Positions 34,336 to 43,855 of a stretch of DNA of 64,000 bases are shown here, in pieces. Positions within the stretch are counted from its first letter, which is position 1, and each line of letters begins with the position of its first letter. Both the position numbers and the translations under genes were made by a program. The notes below the pieces were generated by a model. It saw nothing but the letters and a program-made list of their open reading frames with translations, ran no database searches and was not told the DNA's origin. Source of the stretch: an uncultured Candidatus Rokubacteria bacterium (GTDB lineage Bacteria; Methylomirabilota; Methylomirabilia; Rokubacteriales; CSP1-6); the NCBI GenBank assembly GCA_963762145.1, contig CAVXJS010000021.1:416001-480000 (forward strand). Reading direction: 5' to 3'.

Positions 34336-34445
34336 CCCCCTCACCCTGCCCTCTCCCCCTCCGGGGGCGAGGGTAAATCAACCTCTCCCCTCCGGGGCGA
34401 GGGTAAGTAACCCTCTCCCCTCTGGGGAGAGGGCAGGGTGAGGGG
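34336..34445. repeat. REP-like palindrome triplet, family A
   Basis: Three hairpins between CCCCTCACCCTG and CAGGGTGAGGGG tails; same architecture as 21130..21248. Confidence 0.9.
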
Positions 34446-34450
34446 TGGTC

Positions 34451-35248
34451 TTAGTGCATCACCGAGCCGCCGTCGACGTTGAGCGCCTGGCCGGTGATGT
34501 TCCGCGCTTCCTCGGAGGCCAGGAACACCGCCGCGTGGCCGATGTCCTCCGGCGTCTGCTCGCGCTTCATCGGGATCACGTCGCCCACCCGCTTGTCGAA
34601 CACCTGCCGCGCGGTCATGCCGGTGAAGGCGGGGTTGGTGTCGGCGATGTGCTGGGCCAGCTTCTCCCAGAACGCGGTCCAGAGCACGCCCGGGCAGATC
34701 GCGTTGACGGTGACCCCGTGGGGCGCCAGCTCCTTGGCGATGACCCGCGTGAAGGTGATGACGCCGCCCTTGGCCACCGAGTAGGGCGGCATGGTCAGCG
34801 CCGCCAGCGGCCCCGCGATCGAGGCAATATTGATGATGCGCCCGGCCTTGCGCTCGATGAAGTAGGGCGCCAGCGCCTTGCACATGAGGAAGACCGACTT
34901 GAGGTTGACCGCGTAGGTCCGGTCCCAGTCCTCTTCCGTGTTGTTGGTGAACGGCATCCCGGGCGCCGACGCCATGCCCGCGTTGTTCACCAGGATGTCC
35001 ATCCGGCCCATCTCCTTCTTGATGCGGTCGACGGTGGCCTGCACCTCGGCCCCCTTGGTCACGTCGCAACGCATCGAGATGGCCCGGCGCCCCATCGCCA
35101 GCACTTCCTTCACCACCGACTCGGCATTGGCGTCCTGGATGTCGGGGATGGCGATGTCGGCGCCCTCCTTGGCCATGCACAGCACGATGCCCCGCCCGAT
35201 CCCGGCGCCGCCGCCCGTCACCACCGCCACCTTGCCCTGAAGCCTCAT
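34451..35248 (-). CDS. SDR-family oxidoreductase
   Basis: TGGGAGIG; NNAG; YSVAKGG. Confidence 0.92.
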   Translation of the reverse strand: MRLQGKVAVVTGGGAGIGRGIVLCMAKEGADIAIPDIQDANAESVVKEVLAMGRRAISMRCDVTKGAEVQATVDRIKKEMGRMDILVNNAGMASAPGMPFTNNTEEDWDRTYAVNLKSVFLMCKALAPYFIERKAGRIINIASIAGPLAALTMPPYSVAKGGVITFTRVIAKELAPHGVTVNAICPGVLWTAFWEKLAQHIADTNPAFTGMTARQVFDKRVGDVIPMKREQTPEDIGHAAVFLASEEARNITGQALNVDGGSVMH

Positions 35249-35382
35249 CGATCGTCTCCTCGCTGGGGTCGAAGCCCGGCGTCATTCTATACCGGGTGGA
35301 CGAGGTGCGCAGCCCGGTCCGCCCGCAATCCGCGGATGCCGTTGACGTGCGCGCGCCCGCGCTATAGCGTGGGGCCGCCGCC

Positions 35383-36030
35383 ATGACGTCACGCCGCGCC
35401 GCGCGAGTCCGGATCCTCGTCGCCGTCCTGGCCGGCGCCTGTCTCCTCGGGGCCGACTTCGGCCGGCCGGACCCGGCCAGCTTCACGCTGGGCCAGACGA
35501 CCGAGCAGGAGATCCGGGCGCGCTTCGGCAAGCCCGCCGGCGAGACGGCCGCCCGGGTGGGCGGCAAGCTCGTGACGACGCTCCGGTACGCGTACGCGGA
35601 GGCGCGGACGGTCACGGTGCCGGTGCGGACCATGGCCTACGCGTTCCACGAGGGGCGCCTGGTCGGGTTCGACTACATGAGCTCCTTCGCGTCGGATCAG
35701 ACCGTCTTCGACGAGCTGGGCGTGAAGCGACTCAAGCGCGGGGAGACGACGCGGACCGAGGCGCTCGACGTGATGGGCAAGCCGACCGGGCAGTTCATCT
35801 ATCCGTCGTCCTACGTCGGCGCGCCGGGCCGCCGCGCCGACGTCTACAGCCACTCGCGCAGCGAGAAGCTCTCCTCGGGCGCCACGCTCGAGACCACGAC
35901 GAAGGTCCTGACCATCACGTACGACGAGAACGACGTGGTCGTCGAGACCCACCTGGTGATCACCACGAGCGGCAAGCCCCTCAAGTTGACCCCGGATACC
36001 ATGCGCCCGCCCCAGGGAGGTCTCTCGTGA
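35383..36030 (+). CDS. Hypothetical exported protein with two SmpA/BamE-like repeats
   Basis: LGQTTEQEIRARFGKP and RGETTRTEALDVMGKP. Confidence 0.6.
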   Translation: MTSRRAARVRILVAVLAGACLLGADFGRPDPASFTLGQTTEQEIRARFGKPAGETAARVGGKLVTTLRYAYAEARTVTVPVRTMAYAFHEGRLVGFDYMSSFASDQTVFDELGVKRLKRGETTRTEALDVMGKPTGQFIYPSSYVGAPGRRADVYSHSRSEKLSSGATLETTTKVLTITYDENDVVVETHLVITTSGKPLKLTPDTMRPPQGGLS

Positions 36031-37757
36031 GCACGCCCACGCTCCGCAGTCACAACTGGTTCGGCAAGAAGGACCTGGACGGCTTCGCCCACCGCTCGTG
36101 GATCAAGGCCGAGGGCTTCAGCGAGCTGATGTTCGACGGCCGGCCGGTGATCGGCATCGCCAACTCCTGGTCCGAGCTGACCAACTGCAACGCGCATCTC
36201 CGGCAGGTGGCGGAGGCGGTGAAGCGCGGCGTGCTCTCGGCGGGCGGCTTCCCGCTCGAGTTCCCGACCATCTCGCTGGGCGAGATCCTGATGAAGCCCA
36301 CCACCATGCTCTTCCGCAACCTGATGGCGATGGACGTGGAGGAGTGCATCCGCGCCTATCCGCTGGACGGCGTGGTGCTGCTCTCGGGCTGCGACAAGAC
36401 CACGCCCGCGATGCTGATGGGCGCCGCCTCCGCCGACGTGCCCGCGATCATGGTCACCGGCGGGCCGATGCTGCGCGGGCGCTGGAAGACCGAGGACATC
36501 GGCTCCGGCACCGACAACTGGCGCTTCTGGGCCGAGCGGCGGGCGGGACGGCTCAGCGAGGAGGAGTTCTGCGAGATCGAGGCGTGCCTCTCGCGCTCGG
36601 CCGGGCACTGCATGGTGATGGGCACCGCGTCCACGATGGCCTCGATGGCGGAGACGCTCGGCATGACCCTGCCGGGCAACGCGGCGATTCCCGCCGCCGA
36701 CTCGCGGCGGATGGCGCTCGCGGAGATGTCGGGGCGGCGCATCATGGAGATGGTGCGCGAGGACCTCAAGCCGTCCAAGATCCTGACCCGCGAGGCCTTC
36801 GACAACGCCATCCGCACCGGCATGGCCATCGGGGGCTCGACCAACGCGATCATCCACCTGCTGGCCCTCGCGGGCCGCGCGGGGGTGGATCTGGCGCTCA
36901 CGCGCTTCGACGAGCTCTCGCGCACCACGCCCATGCTGCTCAACGTGCGACCCTCGGGCAAGTACCTGATGGAGGATTTCTTCTACGCGGGCGGCCTCCC
37001 CGCGGTGCTGAAGGAGCTGATGCCGCTGCTGCACGGCGACGCGCTGACCGCGACCGGCCAGTCGCTCGCGGCCAACAACGAGGCCGCGGTCAACCACAAC
37101 CCGGACGTGATCCGCACCCTCGCGATGCCGATCCTGAACGAGGGCGGCACCGCGATCCTCACGGGCAACCTGTGCCCGGACGGCGCGGTGCTCAAGCAGT
37201 CCGCCGCCTCGCCGCATCTGCTCACCCACCGCGGGCGCGCGGTGGTGTTCGAGGATCACGCCGATCTGCACGCGCGCATCGACGACCCGGACCTGGAGGT
37301 GGACGAGACGTCGGTGCTGGTGCTCAAGCGCGTGGGCCCGAAGGGCGCGCCCGGCATGCCGGAGTGGGGCGCCGCGCCGATCCCGCGCAAGCTCCTGCAG
37401 AAGGGCGTGCGCGACATGGTGCGCATCTCCGACGCGCGCATGAGCGGGACGTCGTACGGGACGGTGGCGCTGCACGTCTCGCCGGAGGCCGAGGCGGGCG
37501 GGCCGCTCGCGCTCGTGCAGGACGGCGACGAGATCGAGCTGGACGTGCCCGACCGCCGGCTCACTCTCCGCGTGCCCGACGACGAGCTGGCCCGCCGCCG
37601 CGCGCAGTGGAAGCCGCGGCCGCCCCACTACACGCGGGGCTATGGCCGCCTGTTTCTCGACCACGTGCTCCAGGCCCACGAGGGCTGCGACTTCGACTTC
37701 CTGCGCGGCAAGACCCCGGTCCGCGCCGAAGACACCGCCGGCCCCAGCCACTCGTAA
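36027..37757 (+). CDS. IlvD/Edd-family dehydratase (L-arabinonate dehydratase-like)
   Basis: ELTNCN, GCDKTTP, GHCMVMGTASTM, RISDARMSGTSYG, GCDFDFL. Confidence 0.92.
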   Translation: MSTPTLRSHNWFGKKDLDGFAHRSWIKAEGFSELMFDGRPVIGIANSWSELTNCNAHLRQVAEAVKRGVLSAGGFPLEFPTISLGEILMKPTTMLFRNLMAMDVEECIRAYPLDGVVLLSGCDKTTPAMLMGAASADVPAIMVTGGPMLRGRWKTEDIGSGTDNWRFWAERRAGRLSEEEFCEIEACLSRSAGHCMVMGTASTMASMAETLGMTLPGNAAIPAADSRRMALAEMSGRRIMEMVREDLKPSKILTREAFDNAIRTGMAIGGSTNAIIHLLALAGRAGVDLALTRFDELSRTTPMLLNVRPSGKYLMEDFFYAGGLPAVLKELMPLLHGDALTATGQSLAANNEAAVNHNPDVIRTLAMPILNEGGTAILTGNLCPDGAVLKQSAASPHLLTHRGRAVVFEDHADLHARIDDPDLEVDETSVLVLKRVGPKGAPGMPEWGAAPIPRKLLQKGVRDMVRISDARMSGTSYGTVALHVSPEAEAGGPLALVQDGDEIELDVPDRRLTLRVPDDELARRRAQWKPRPPHYTRGYGRLFLDHVLQAHEGCDFDFLRGKTPVRAEDTAGPSHS

Positions 37758-37788
37758 GGGGTCGCCAGGCCGGGGTCATCGCCCGACC

Positions 37789-37875
37789 GGGGTCAGGTCT
37801 TACATTCACACATTGTCGGAATGTAAGACCTGACCCCCGGCTGCTGACCCTTGTGTGAATGTAAGACCTGACCCC
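37789..37875. repeat. REP-like palindrome cluster, family B (GGGGTCAGGTCTTACATTC)
   Basis: The arm at 37789..37812 can pair with 37819..37837 (19 bp) or with 37852..37875 (24 bp, perfect). Confidence 0.9.
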
Positions 37876-37890
37876 GCTGACTGCCTCGGG

Positions 37891-38232
37891 TTACTGCTGC
37901 TGCATGAGGGTGATCGCGGCCTTGGCCTTCTGCGAGGCTTCGGCCATGTTGCCCGCCTGGCAGTCCGTGTCGGCCTCCTTCACCAGGACCGCGGCCTCCT
38001 TCATCAAAGGAGGCACCGTGTCCTGACCCCGCGGCTTCTGGTTCTCCGGATCCGGCCGAGCGGTTGCATCGCGCGGGGTCTGGATCTCTCGATCGTTCTG
38101 CGTGGCGGCCACCCTGGACAGCATCGCCCGAGCCGAGTCGACCTCGGGGCATGCCGGCGCCGGTATGGCCGACGCGGTCGGAATCGTCAATGCGAATGCG
38201 AGACCCATGATCACGCCGGTGGTCTTGATCAT
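37891..38232 (-). CDS. Small exported hypothetical protein with two Cys
   Basis: AGGAG RBS; signal peptide; ACPEV..DCQAG. Confidence 0.65.
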   Translation of the reverse strand: MIKTTGVIMGLAFALTIPTASAIPAPACPEVDSARAMLSRVAATQNDREIQTPRDATARPDPENQKPRGQDTVPPLMKEAAVLVKEADTDCQAGNMAEASQKAKAAITLMQQQ

Positions 38233-38285
38233 TGGTGGTCTCCTTTCTGAGGGCCCCCCGGATTCAGCCTTTGCGTTCTGGAAGT

Positions 38286-38301
38286 CGCATCGATTGTGCC
38301 A
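38286..38301 (-). promoter_or_regulatory. Putative sigma54 (-24/-12) promoter
   Basis: TGGCACAATCGATGCG (GG-N10-GC), about 55 bp upstream of the start at 38232. Confidence 0.55.
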
Positions 38302-38415
38302 AGTTGCGGCCGCACCGGCAGAGAGCGGAACAGGCGAGGTTTGCGCGAGATGAACATGACCCTGGGCAGGGCCCCTGATTGGGCCCCGGTCAAGACGACA
38401 CAGTAAGGCTTACGC

Positions 38416-38465
38416 GGGGTCAGGACCTGCAGACGCGCAAATGTCGTAATTCAAGACCTGACCCC
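38416..38465. repeat. REP-like palindrome, family B
   Basis: GGGGTCAGG..AAATGTCGTAATTCAAGACCTGACCCC. Confidence 0.85.
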
Positions 38466-39902
38466 GCCCGCGACGCGGCGAGGCAGAGCGACAGCGCGGC
38501 ATAGGATCGCCACGGACGCAGCGTGGCCTGCGTGGCAGGGGTGCGCCACCACGCCCGCTGTCGCGGGCTCAGCGGCAGACGGTCCGCGAGATCGGCATCC
38601 GGCTCCGCCACGCTTCGCATCCCCACCCACCCGGCCGCCGAGCGATCGAGCCCACCCTCCGAGACGAGCGCGGCGACGAGCTCGTCGAACGCCATCCCGC
38701 CATCGAAGCGGATCCGGCCCTCGACCGCCGCGCCCGCCAGGCGACGGACGGCCAGCACGCCGGGCGGAGACAGGCCGACGCCTCGGAGCGATGCGCTCAC
38801 GAGACGCTCCGGGCCCGGGAACACGCGGGTCAGCTCCGGCCGGGCCGCGATCGCAACCGGTCGGCCCACGTGCTCGACCAGCATGCTCATCGCGGCACAC
38901 GCCCGCTCCGGGCCCACGTCCCGCTGGACGACCGCGCGGAGCGCGATCTCGAAGCCGTCCCACGAGCCGGGCAAGCGGAGACCGGACAGGCGGCGGCTCA
39001 CGCGCCGCGCCCGGATGCATACCGCCATCGCCTTCGCGATCTGAGCCGGATCCGCGGTCAGATCCAGCATCGTCTGCGCCCGCGCGATCACCGCTCCGAG
39101 CCCGGAGTGGTCCGGTAGCCACAGCGACAAGGAGAGCGCGCTCTCCCCACGGATCGGCGTGACCGCCAGCCAGCCGGTCACGTCTCCGAGAGACACGGTC
39201 CGGCAATACTCCGCGCCGGTGACGCGCTCGACACCCGGGACGGCTTCGAGGGCCAGCATCCGAAGCATGAGTCGCCAGTCGTACGGCGGCCGGTAGTTGA
39301 GCCGGAGCGAGATCACGTCGCCGACGTGACGAGGACTAGGCCGACGCCGGAGCCGCGACGGCGGCCAGCCGTACGCCTCGCGGAACGCGGCGTTGAACCG
39401 GCGGAGGCTCGCGAAGCCGGAGGCGAAGGCCACCTGCGTCACGGACAGATCCGTCTCGTCGAGCAGCCGCTTCGCCGTCTGCACGCGGCGGTTGCGCGCC
39501 AGGACCCCGGGCGGCGCCCCGCAGTGCTTGACGAACAGGGCGCGTGAGATGGCGCGCTCCCACGCCCATCGCGGCGGCGACGTCGGGGAGCCGCCGCTCG
39601 TCGAGCAGCCCACGGTTGATCAGCGCCAGGGCTCGCGACACGGTCGCTCCTGCTCCCCGCCAGGCCGGCGAGCCCGGCGCGGCCTCGGGTCGGCACCGGA
39701 GGCACGGCCGAAAGCCCGCCAGCTCCGCCGCCGGCGCGCTGATGAAGAACCGCACGTTCCGCGAGCGGGCGGGGACGACGGGGCACACGGGCCGGCAGTA
39801 GATGCCGGTGGTGCGCACGCCGGTGAAGAACCGGCCGTCGAAGCGACGGTCTCGCGCCAGTCGCGCCCGGTCACAGATTGCCTCGGAGGGGAGCCCGTCC
39901 AC
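38420..39902 (-). CDS. alkA: Bifunctional Ada (Zn-binding + AraC) / AlkA DNA-3-methyladenine glycosylase (frameshift near 39545)
   Basis: RDRRFDGRFF..TTGIYCRPVC..GFRPCLRCRPE; SGFASLRRFNAAF; YRPPYDW; RPWRSYAA. Confidence 0.85.
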
Positions 39903-40002
39903 TCCGGTAATTCTAGCAGTGCGCGGGCCGCATCCGACGGCTCGGGCCGACGAGGTCCGAAACCGGCGAGCCGGCAGCGCCTCGCCGGCGCATCATCGGA
40001 TC

Positions 40003-41216
40003 ATGAAGCCGATCTTCCACGGCTGGTACGTCGTGGCCAGCGCCTTCTTCATCGCGGTCTGCGGGTGGGGGTTCGGCTTCTACGGGCCGGGCGTGTACCT
40101 CTCGGCGCTCCACGCCCAGCACGGGTGGCCCACCGCCCTGATCGCCTCGGCGGTCACGCTCTACTATCTGTGCGGCGCGACCTGGATCATCTTCATCGGC
40201 GACGCGGTCGACCGCTTCGGACCCCGGCGCATGGTGCTGGTCGGGGCGTGTGCGCTGGCCCTCGGCGTGGCCCTCCTCCCCGAGGCGCGCGCCCCGTGGC
40301 ACGTTCACGGCGCCTTCGTGGTGATGTCCCTGGGCTGGGCGACCATGAGCGGCGCCGCGATCAACGCGATCGTCGCGCCGTGGTTCGAAACCAAGCGCGG
40401 CCTCGCGATCAGCCTGGCCCTGAACGGGGCCAGCTGCGGCGGCGTGCTCGTGACACCACTGCTCGTCGGCCTCACCTCGAGGCTCGGGTTCCGCGCCGGC
40501 CTGTGGGTGGCCGTCGCCGTCATGCTGGTCGCGCTCGTCCCGGCTCTCGTCGTGCTTCGACGCGGACCGGCAGAGCTCGGCCTGCTACCGGATGGGGAGC
40601 CCCGATCCGGCAGCGGGCCGATCGCTCCGGGCTCGAGGAGCTCCGGCGAGGGGTGGAGTCGGCGGCGCCTGCTCCGCACCCCGGCCTTCCTCACCATCTC
40701 GATTCCGTTCGCCCTGGGATTGCTCGCGCAGGTGGGCTTCTTCACGCACCAGATCTCCTACCTGCTCCAGTTCGTCGGCACGCAGTCCGCCGCCCTCGCG
40801 GTCAGCCTGACCACCATTGCGGCAGTGCTCGGACGCCGGTCACGGGACTCATCGTGGATCGGCTCGACCGCCGGGTGGTGTCGGCGGCGAACTTCGCGGT
40901 CCAGATGGCGGCGCTTGGCCTCGCGGTGGTGGCCGAGACGGTGCCCGCGGTGTTCCTCGCGTGCATCCTCTTCGGGCTGGGAGCCGGCAACGTGATCACG
41001 CTGCCCTCGCTGATCGTGCAGCGCGAGTTCCCGCGCGAGCAGTTCAGCCGGATCGTGAGCCTCGTCGTGAGCATCAACCAGTTCACGTTCGCGTTCGGCC
41101 CGGCGATCCTGGGAGTCCTGCGAGACTGGTCCGGCAGCTACCGCACGTCCTTCCTCTTCTGCATCGTCCTGCAAGCCATCGCCGCCGCCCTCGTCCTCGT
41201 CGGCCGCAACCGATAG
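40003..41216 (+). CDS. MFS transporter (frameshift near 40835)
   Basis: MKPIFHGWYVV..DRFGPRR..APWFETKRGLAISLALNGAS. Confidence 0.85.
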
Positions 41217-41218
41217 CC

Positions 41219-41302
41219 GGGGTCAGGTCTTGAATTACGACGTTTCTACCGTCACGAGACGGGCTAGGCCCATGAAAATGTCGTAATTCAAGACCTGACC
41301 CC
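41219..41302. repeat. REP-like palindrome, family B
   Basis: GGGGTCAGGTCTTGAATTACGAC ... GTCGTAATTCAAGACCTGACCCC (23-bp perfect arms). Confidence 0.9.
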
Positions 41303-42193
41303 ATCCAGCGTAGCGCGGAGGGAGCCGGCGGCGTGCTTCAGGCGCTTGCGGGCTTCGGGGGCGTCGACGCGGAGGCGGGCCATGGCGATGGCGACCTTGG
41401 CGCTGGCGCCGGAGGCCTCGAGGAGGCGCTCGGCCTCGCGTGGCGTCACGCGGCCGAGCTGGCGCACGAGGCCGAGGGCGCGGGCGCGCAGCTTGGCGGA
41501 GCGGGGGCGCAGGTCCACCATGCGGTTGCCGTAGACCTTGCCGAGGCGCGCGAAGGACGCGGTGGTCAGCGTGTTGAGGGCGAGCTTGGTGGCGGTGCCG
41601 GCCTTGAGGCGCGTCGAGCCGGTCAGCACCTCGGGGCCGACCGCGAGCGCGATGACCACGCGGGCCGCGGAGGCCGGCACGTCGGGGTTGCAGGTGACGA
41701 GCGCGGTCGCCGCGCCGCGCCGGCGCGCCTCCTTCAACGCGGCGCGCACGAACGGCGTCACGCCGCTGGCCGCGATGCCCACCACCATGTCGCCCGGCCG
41801 CACGCGCCTGCGGATCTGGCGCGCGCCCTCGGGGCCGTTGTCCTCCGCGCCCTCCGACGAGCGGAACACGGTGCGCTTGCCGCCCGCGATCACCGCCTGC
41901 ACGAGCGAGGGCGGCGTGTCGAAGGTGGGCGGGCACTCCGCGGCCTCGAGCACGCCCAGGCGCCCGCTGGTGCCCGCGCCCACGAAGATGAGGCGCCCAC
42001 GACGCGACAGCGCGCGCACGATCAGATCCACCGCGCGCCCGAGGGCCGGCGCCGCGCGGCCCACCGCCTGCACCGCGCGGCGGTCGGCGCGGTTCATGAG
42101 CCGCGCGATCCCCGCCGCCGACAGCCGGTCGAGCTTGCCGGTACCCGGGTTGACGCGCTCGGTCGGCAGCCGGTCGTAGCGGATGCGGCTCAC
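41288..42193 (-). CDS. murQ: N-acetylmuramic acid 6-phosphate etherase
   Basis: GAGTSGRLGVLEAAECPPTF; GPEVLTGSTRLKAGTATKL; GKVYGNRMVD. Confidence 0.95.
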   Translation of the reverse strand: MSRIRYDRLPTERVNPGTGKLDRLSAAGIARLMNRADRRAVQAVGRAAPALGRAVDLIVRALSRRGRLIFVGAGTSGRLGVLEAAECPPTFDTPPSLVQAVIAGGKRTVFRSSEGAEDNGPEGARQIRRRVRPGDMVVGIAASGVTPFVRAALKEARRRGAATALVTCNPDVPASAARVVIALAVGPEVLTGSTRLKAGTATKLALNTLTTASFARLGKVYGNRMVDLRPRSAKLRARALGLVRQLGRVTPREAERLLEASGASAKVAIAMARLRVDAPEARKRLKHAAGSLRATLDGVRS

Positions 42194-42209
42194 GCGTCCA
42201 TCCTACGTG

Positions 42210-42737
42210 CTAGTGCCCCTCGAACCCGAGCCATGCCTCGATCTGCTCCACCAGCCGATCGCAGCGCTCGTCGAGCTGCGCGGCGGTCAGGTTGGCAATG
42301 GGATGCGGCATGTCGAGAAACGGGTAGCCCGGCTTGCCCCAGCTCTCGGCCATCGCCTTCCCGGTATTGCGGAACGGGGTGGTGACGATGGCGATGGCCG
42401 GCACCCCTTGCTCCTCCATCAGGATCGCGTCGAGCACACTGCTCGAGCTGCACGACCCTCAGTCGCCGATGCCGGAGATGACCAGGTCGCACTGCGCGCG
42501 GAGCGCCTTGACCGCGCCCTCATCGACCTCGTGACTGGCCGAGCGCTTGCGATTCCGGAACGTGACCGTCATCTGGTGGCGCCGGCCCAGCCGCTCGGCC
42601 AGCTTCTCGAGGATGGGGCTGGCGTTGAACTTGGTGTTCTCCACCAGGCCGAGGCGCAGGCCCCGGGGGCTCGCGGGCCGGGGCGCCAGCTTGATCGCGC
42701 GCTCCACCGGCTTCGAGGTCGGATCGAAGAGCTTCAT
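42210..42737 (-). CDS. UGSC-family selenoprotein (in-frame UGA at 42459..42461, codon 93)
   Basis: MKLFDPT..LVENTKFNA..VISGIGD-UGA-GSCSSSVLDAILMEEQGVPA..HPIA reads in one frame; a hairpin follows the UGA. Confidence 0.88.
42420..42458 (-). promoter_or_regulatory. Putative bacterial SECIS element
   Basis: GGGUCGUG-CAGC-UCGAGCA-GUG-UGCUCGA-CGCGAUCC: lower and upper stems, apical loop starting with G about 19 nt after the UGA. Confidence 0.65.
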
Positions 42738-43780
42738 GCGGTGCCTCCTTGGTTCGGTATGTCGACGCGTGTCGTGATGCTGCGGGTCCACTTGGTCCCC
42801 CATCCCGGCAGGCACGCGGACCAGCTCCCCGCCCGGCCACCCGCGAACGCGATCAGGATGTCCTCGGGCCGCTCGAAGCGGTAGCGCCAGGTCGTCTCGT
42901 CCTCCGGGGTCACCGCGCCGGGCAGGCGCGCGCCCCGCTTGTAGTCGGCCACCGAGCGGCGCGTGCGCTCCATCAGGAAGCGCTGCACGTCGAGCCGGCT
43001 CCAGCCCGCCTTCTGCAGCACCTCCTGGTGCTCGCCCGCGAACACGATCAGCGTCTCGTTGAAGCCGAGCAGGTTCGACGTGCCCACGTTGCCGAGCGCG
43101 TCCGCGAAGCAGTACAGCAGCGGCTCCGGCTCCGCGGCCAGGTGGTTGTAGACCTGGTAGAGGCTGTTCGACGCGATCAGGGTCACCGCGCTGTCCCCGC
43201 GCCGCAGGCCGCGCGAGACGTGCAGGGGCTCCCACGGATGATCCTCCTCGTGCTCCGCGAAGCAGAAGGAGTACTTGCCGGGGTTGCCGAGGGTGGCGCG
43301 GTCGAGCAGGCCGGGCTTCGTGTTCATCACGTTCATCATGATGAGGCGCACCGCGCGGCCGATCGTCGCGTTGGGCCGGTGACCCTGGCCGAAGGCGTTG
43401 TTGCCGCTGTTGATCCCGAGCCGCGAGGCGATCGGCCCGTTGACGACCAGGGCCATCGCGGAGCCGCCGGTGCTGCTGGCCGGGCCGTGATAGGCGAAGG
43501 CGGGAGCGCAGAGGCTTCGCACCGCGGCCACCACCACCGGCATGTACTCGGGCCGGCAGCCCGCCATCACCGCGTTGATCGCGGCCTTCTCCGCGCTGAC
43601 CACCGCGTTGCGGCCGGTGATCGCGCCCAGCTCCTCGGAGCCGTCGAGCCCCGCCGCGGCCAGCATTGCCGCGATGGAGGCGTCCGACGGCGGCACCACC
43701 GGCAGGCCGTCGGTCCAGCCCGCCTCGTAGTACGCCTCGATCAGCGCGGCGGGATCCGCCGCCTCGTCGATGTCGCTCAT
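42734..43780 (-). CDS. Conserved hypothetical protein (GWTDGLPVVPP family), translationally coupled to the UGSC gene
   Basis: GWTDGLPVVPP; AINAVMAGCRPEYMP; NATIGRAVRL; LGNPGKY; ATGA overlap. Confidence 0.85.
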   Translation of the reverse strand: MSDIDEAADPAALIEAYYEAGWTDGLPVVPPSDASIAAMLAAAGLDGSEELGAITGRNAVVSAEKAAINAVMAGCRPEYMPVVVAAVRSLCAPAFAYHGPASSTGGSAMALVVNGPIASRLGINSGNNAFGQGHRPNATIGRAVRLIMMNVMNTKPGLLDRATLGNPGKYSFCFAEHEEDHPWEPLHVSRGLRRGDSAVTLIASNSLYQVYNHLAAEPEPLLYCFADALGNVGTSNLLGFNETLIVFAGEHQEVLQKAGWSRLDVQRFLMERTRRSVADYKRGARLPGAVTPEDETTWRYRFERPEDILIAFAGGRAGSWSACLPGWGTKWTRSITTRVDIPNQGGTA

Positions 43781-43813
43781 CGCGCGCGCCTCTCCGCTCC
43801 CCGCCTCACGGCC

Positions 43814-43855
43814 GCCCGCTTCTCGATCGCCCGCTTCTCGATCGCCCGCTTCTCA
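43814..43855. repeat. 15-bp tandem repeat (GCCCGCTTCTCGATC), about 2.8 copies
   Basis: Directly visible at the 3' end of the IclR gene. Confidence 0.85.

Noticed and set aside
34336-34445. Mini-CRISPR or rho-independent terminator (also 21130..21248)
   Set aside because: Spacers are only about 7-16 nt, there is no U-tract, and the outer tails are inverted. This is a REP/BIME-like architecture.
37789-37875. CRISPR array
   Set aside because: The copies are inverted arms rather than regularly spaced direct repeats with unique spacers, and no cas genes are present.
38416-41302. IS or composite transposon with terminal inverted repeats
   Set aside because: No transposase and no target-site duplication identified; each end is itself a palindrome.
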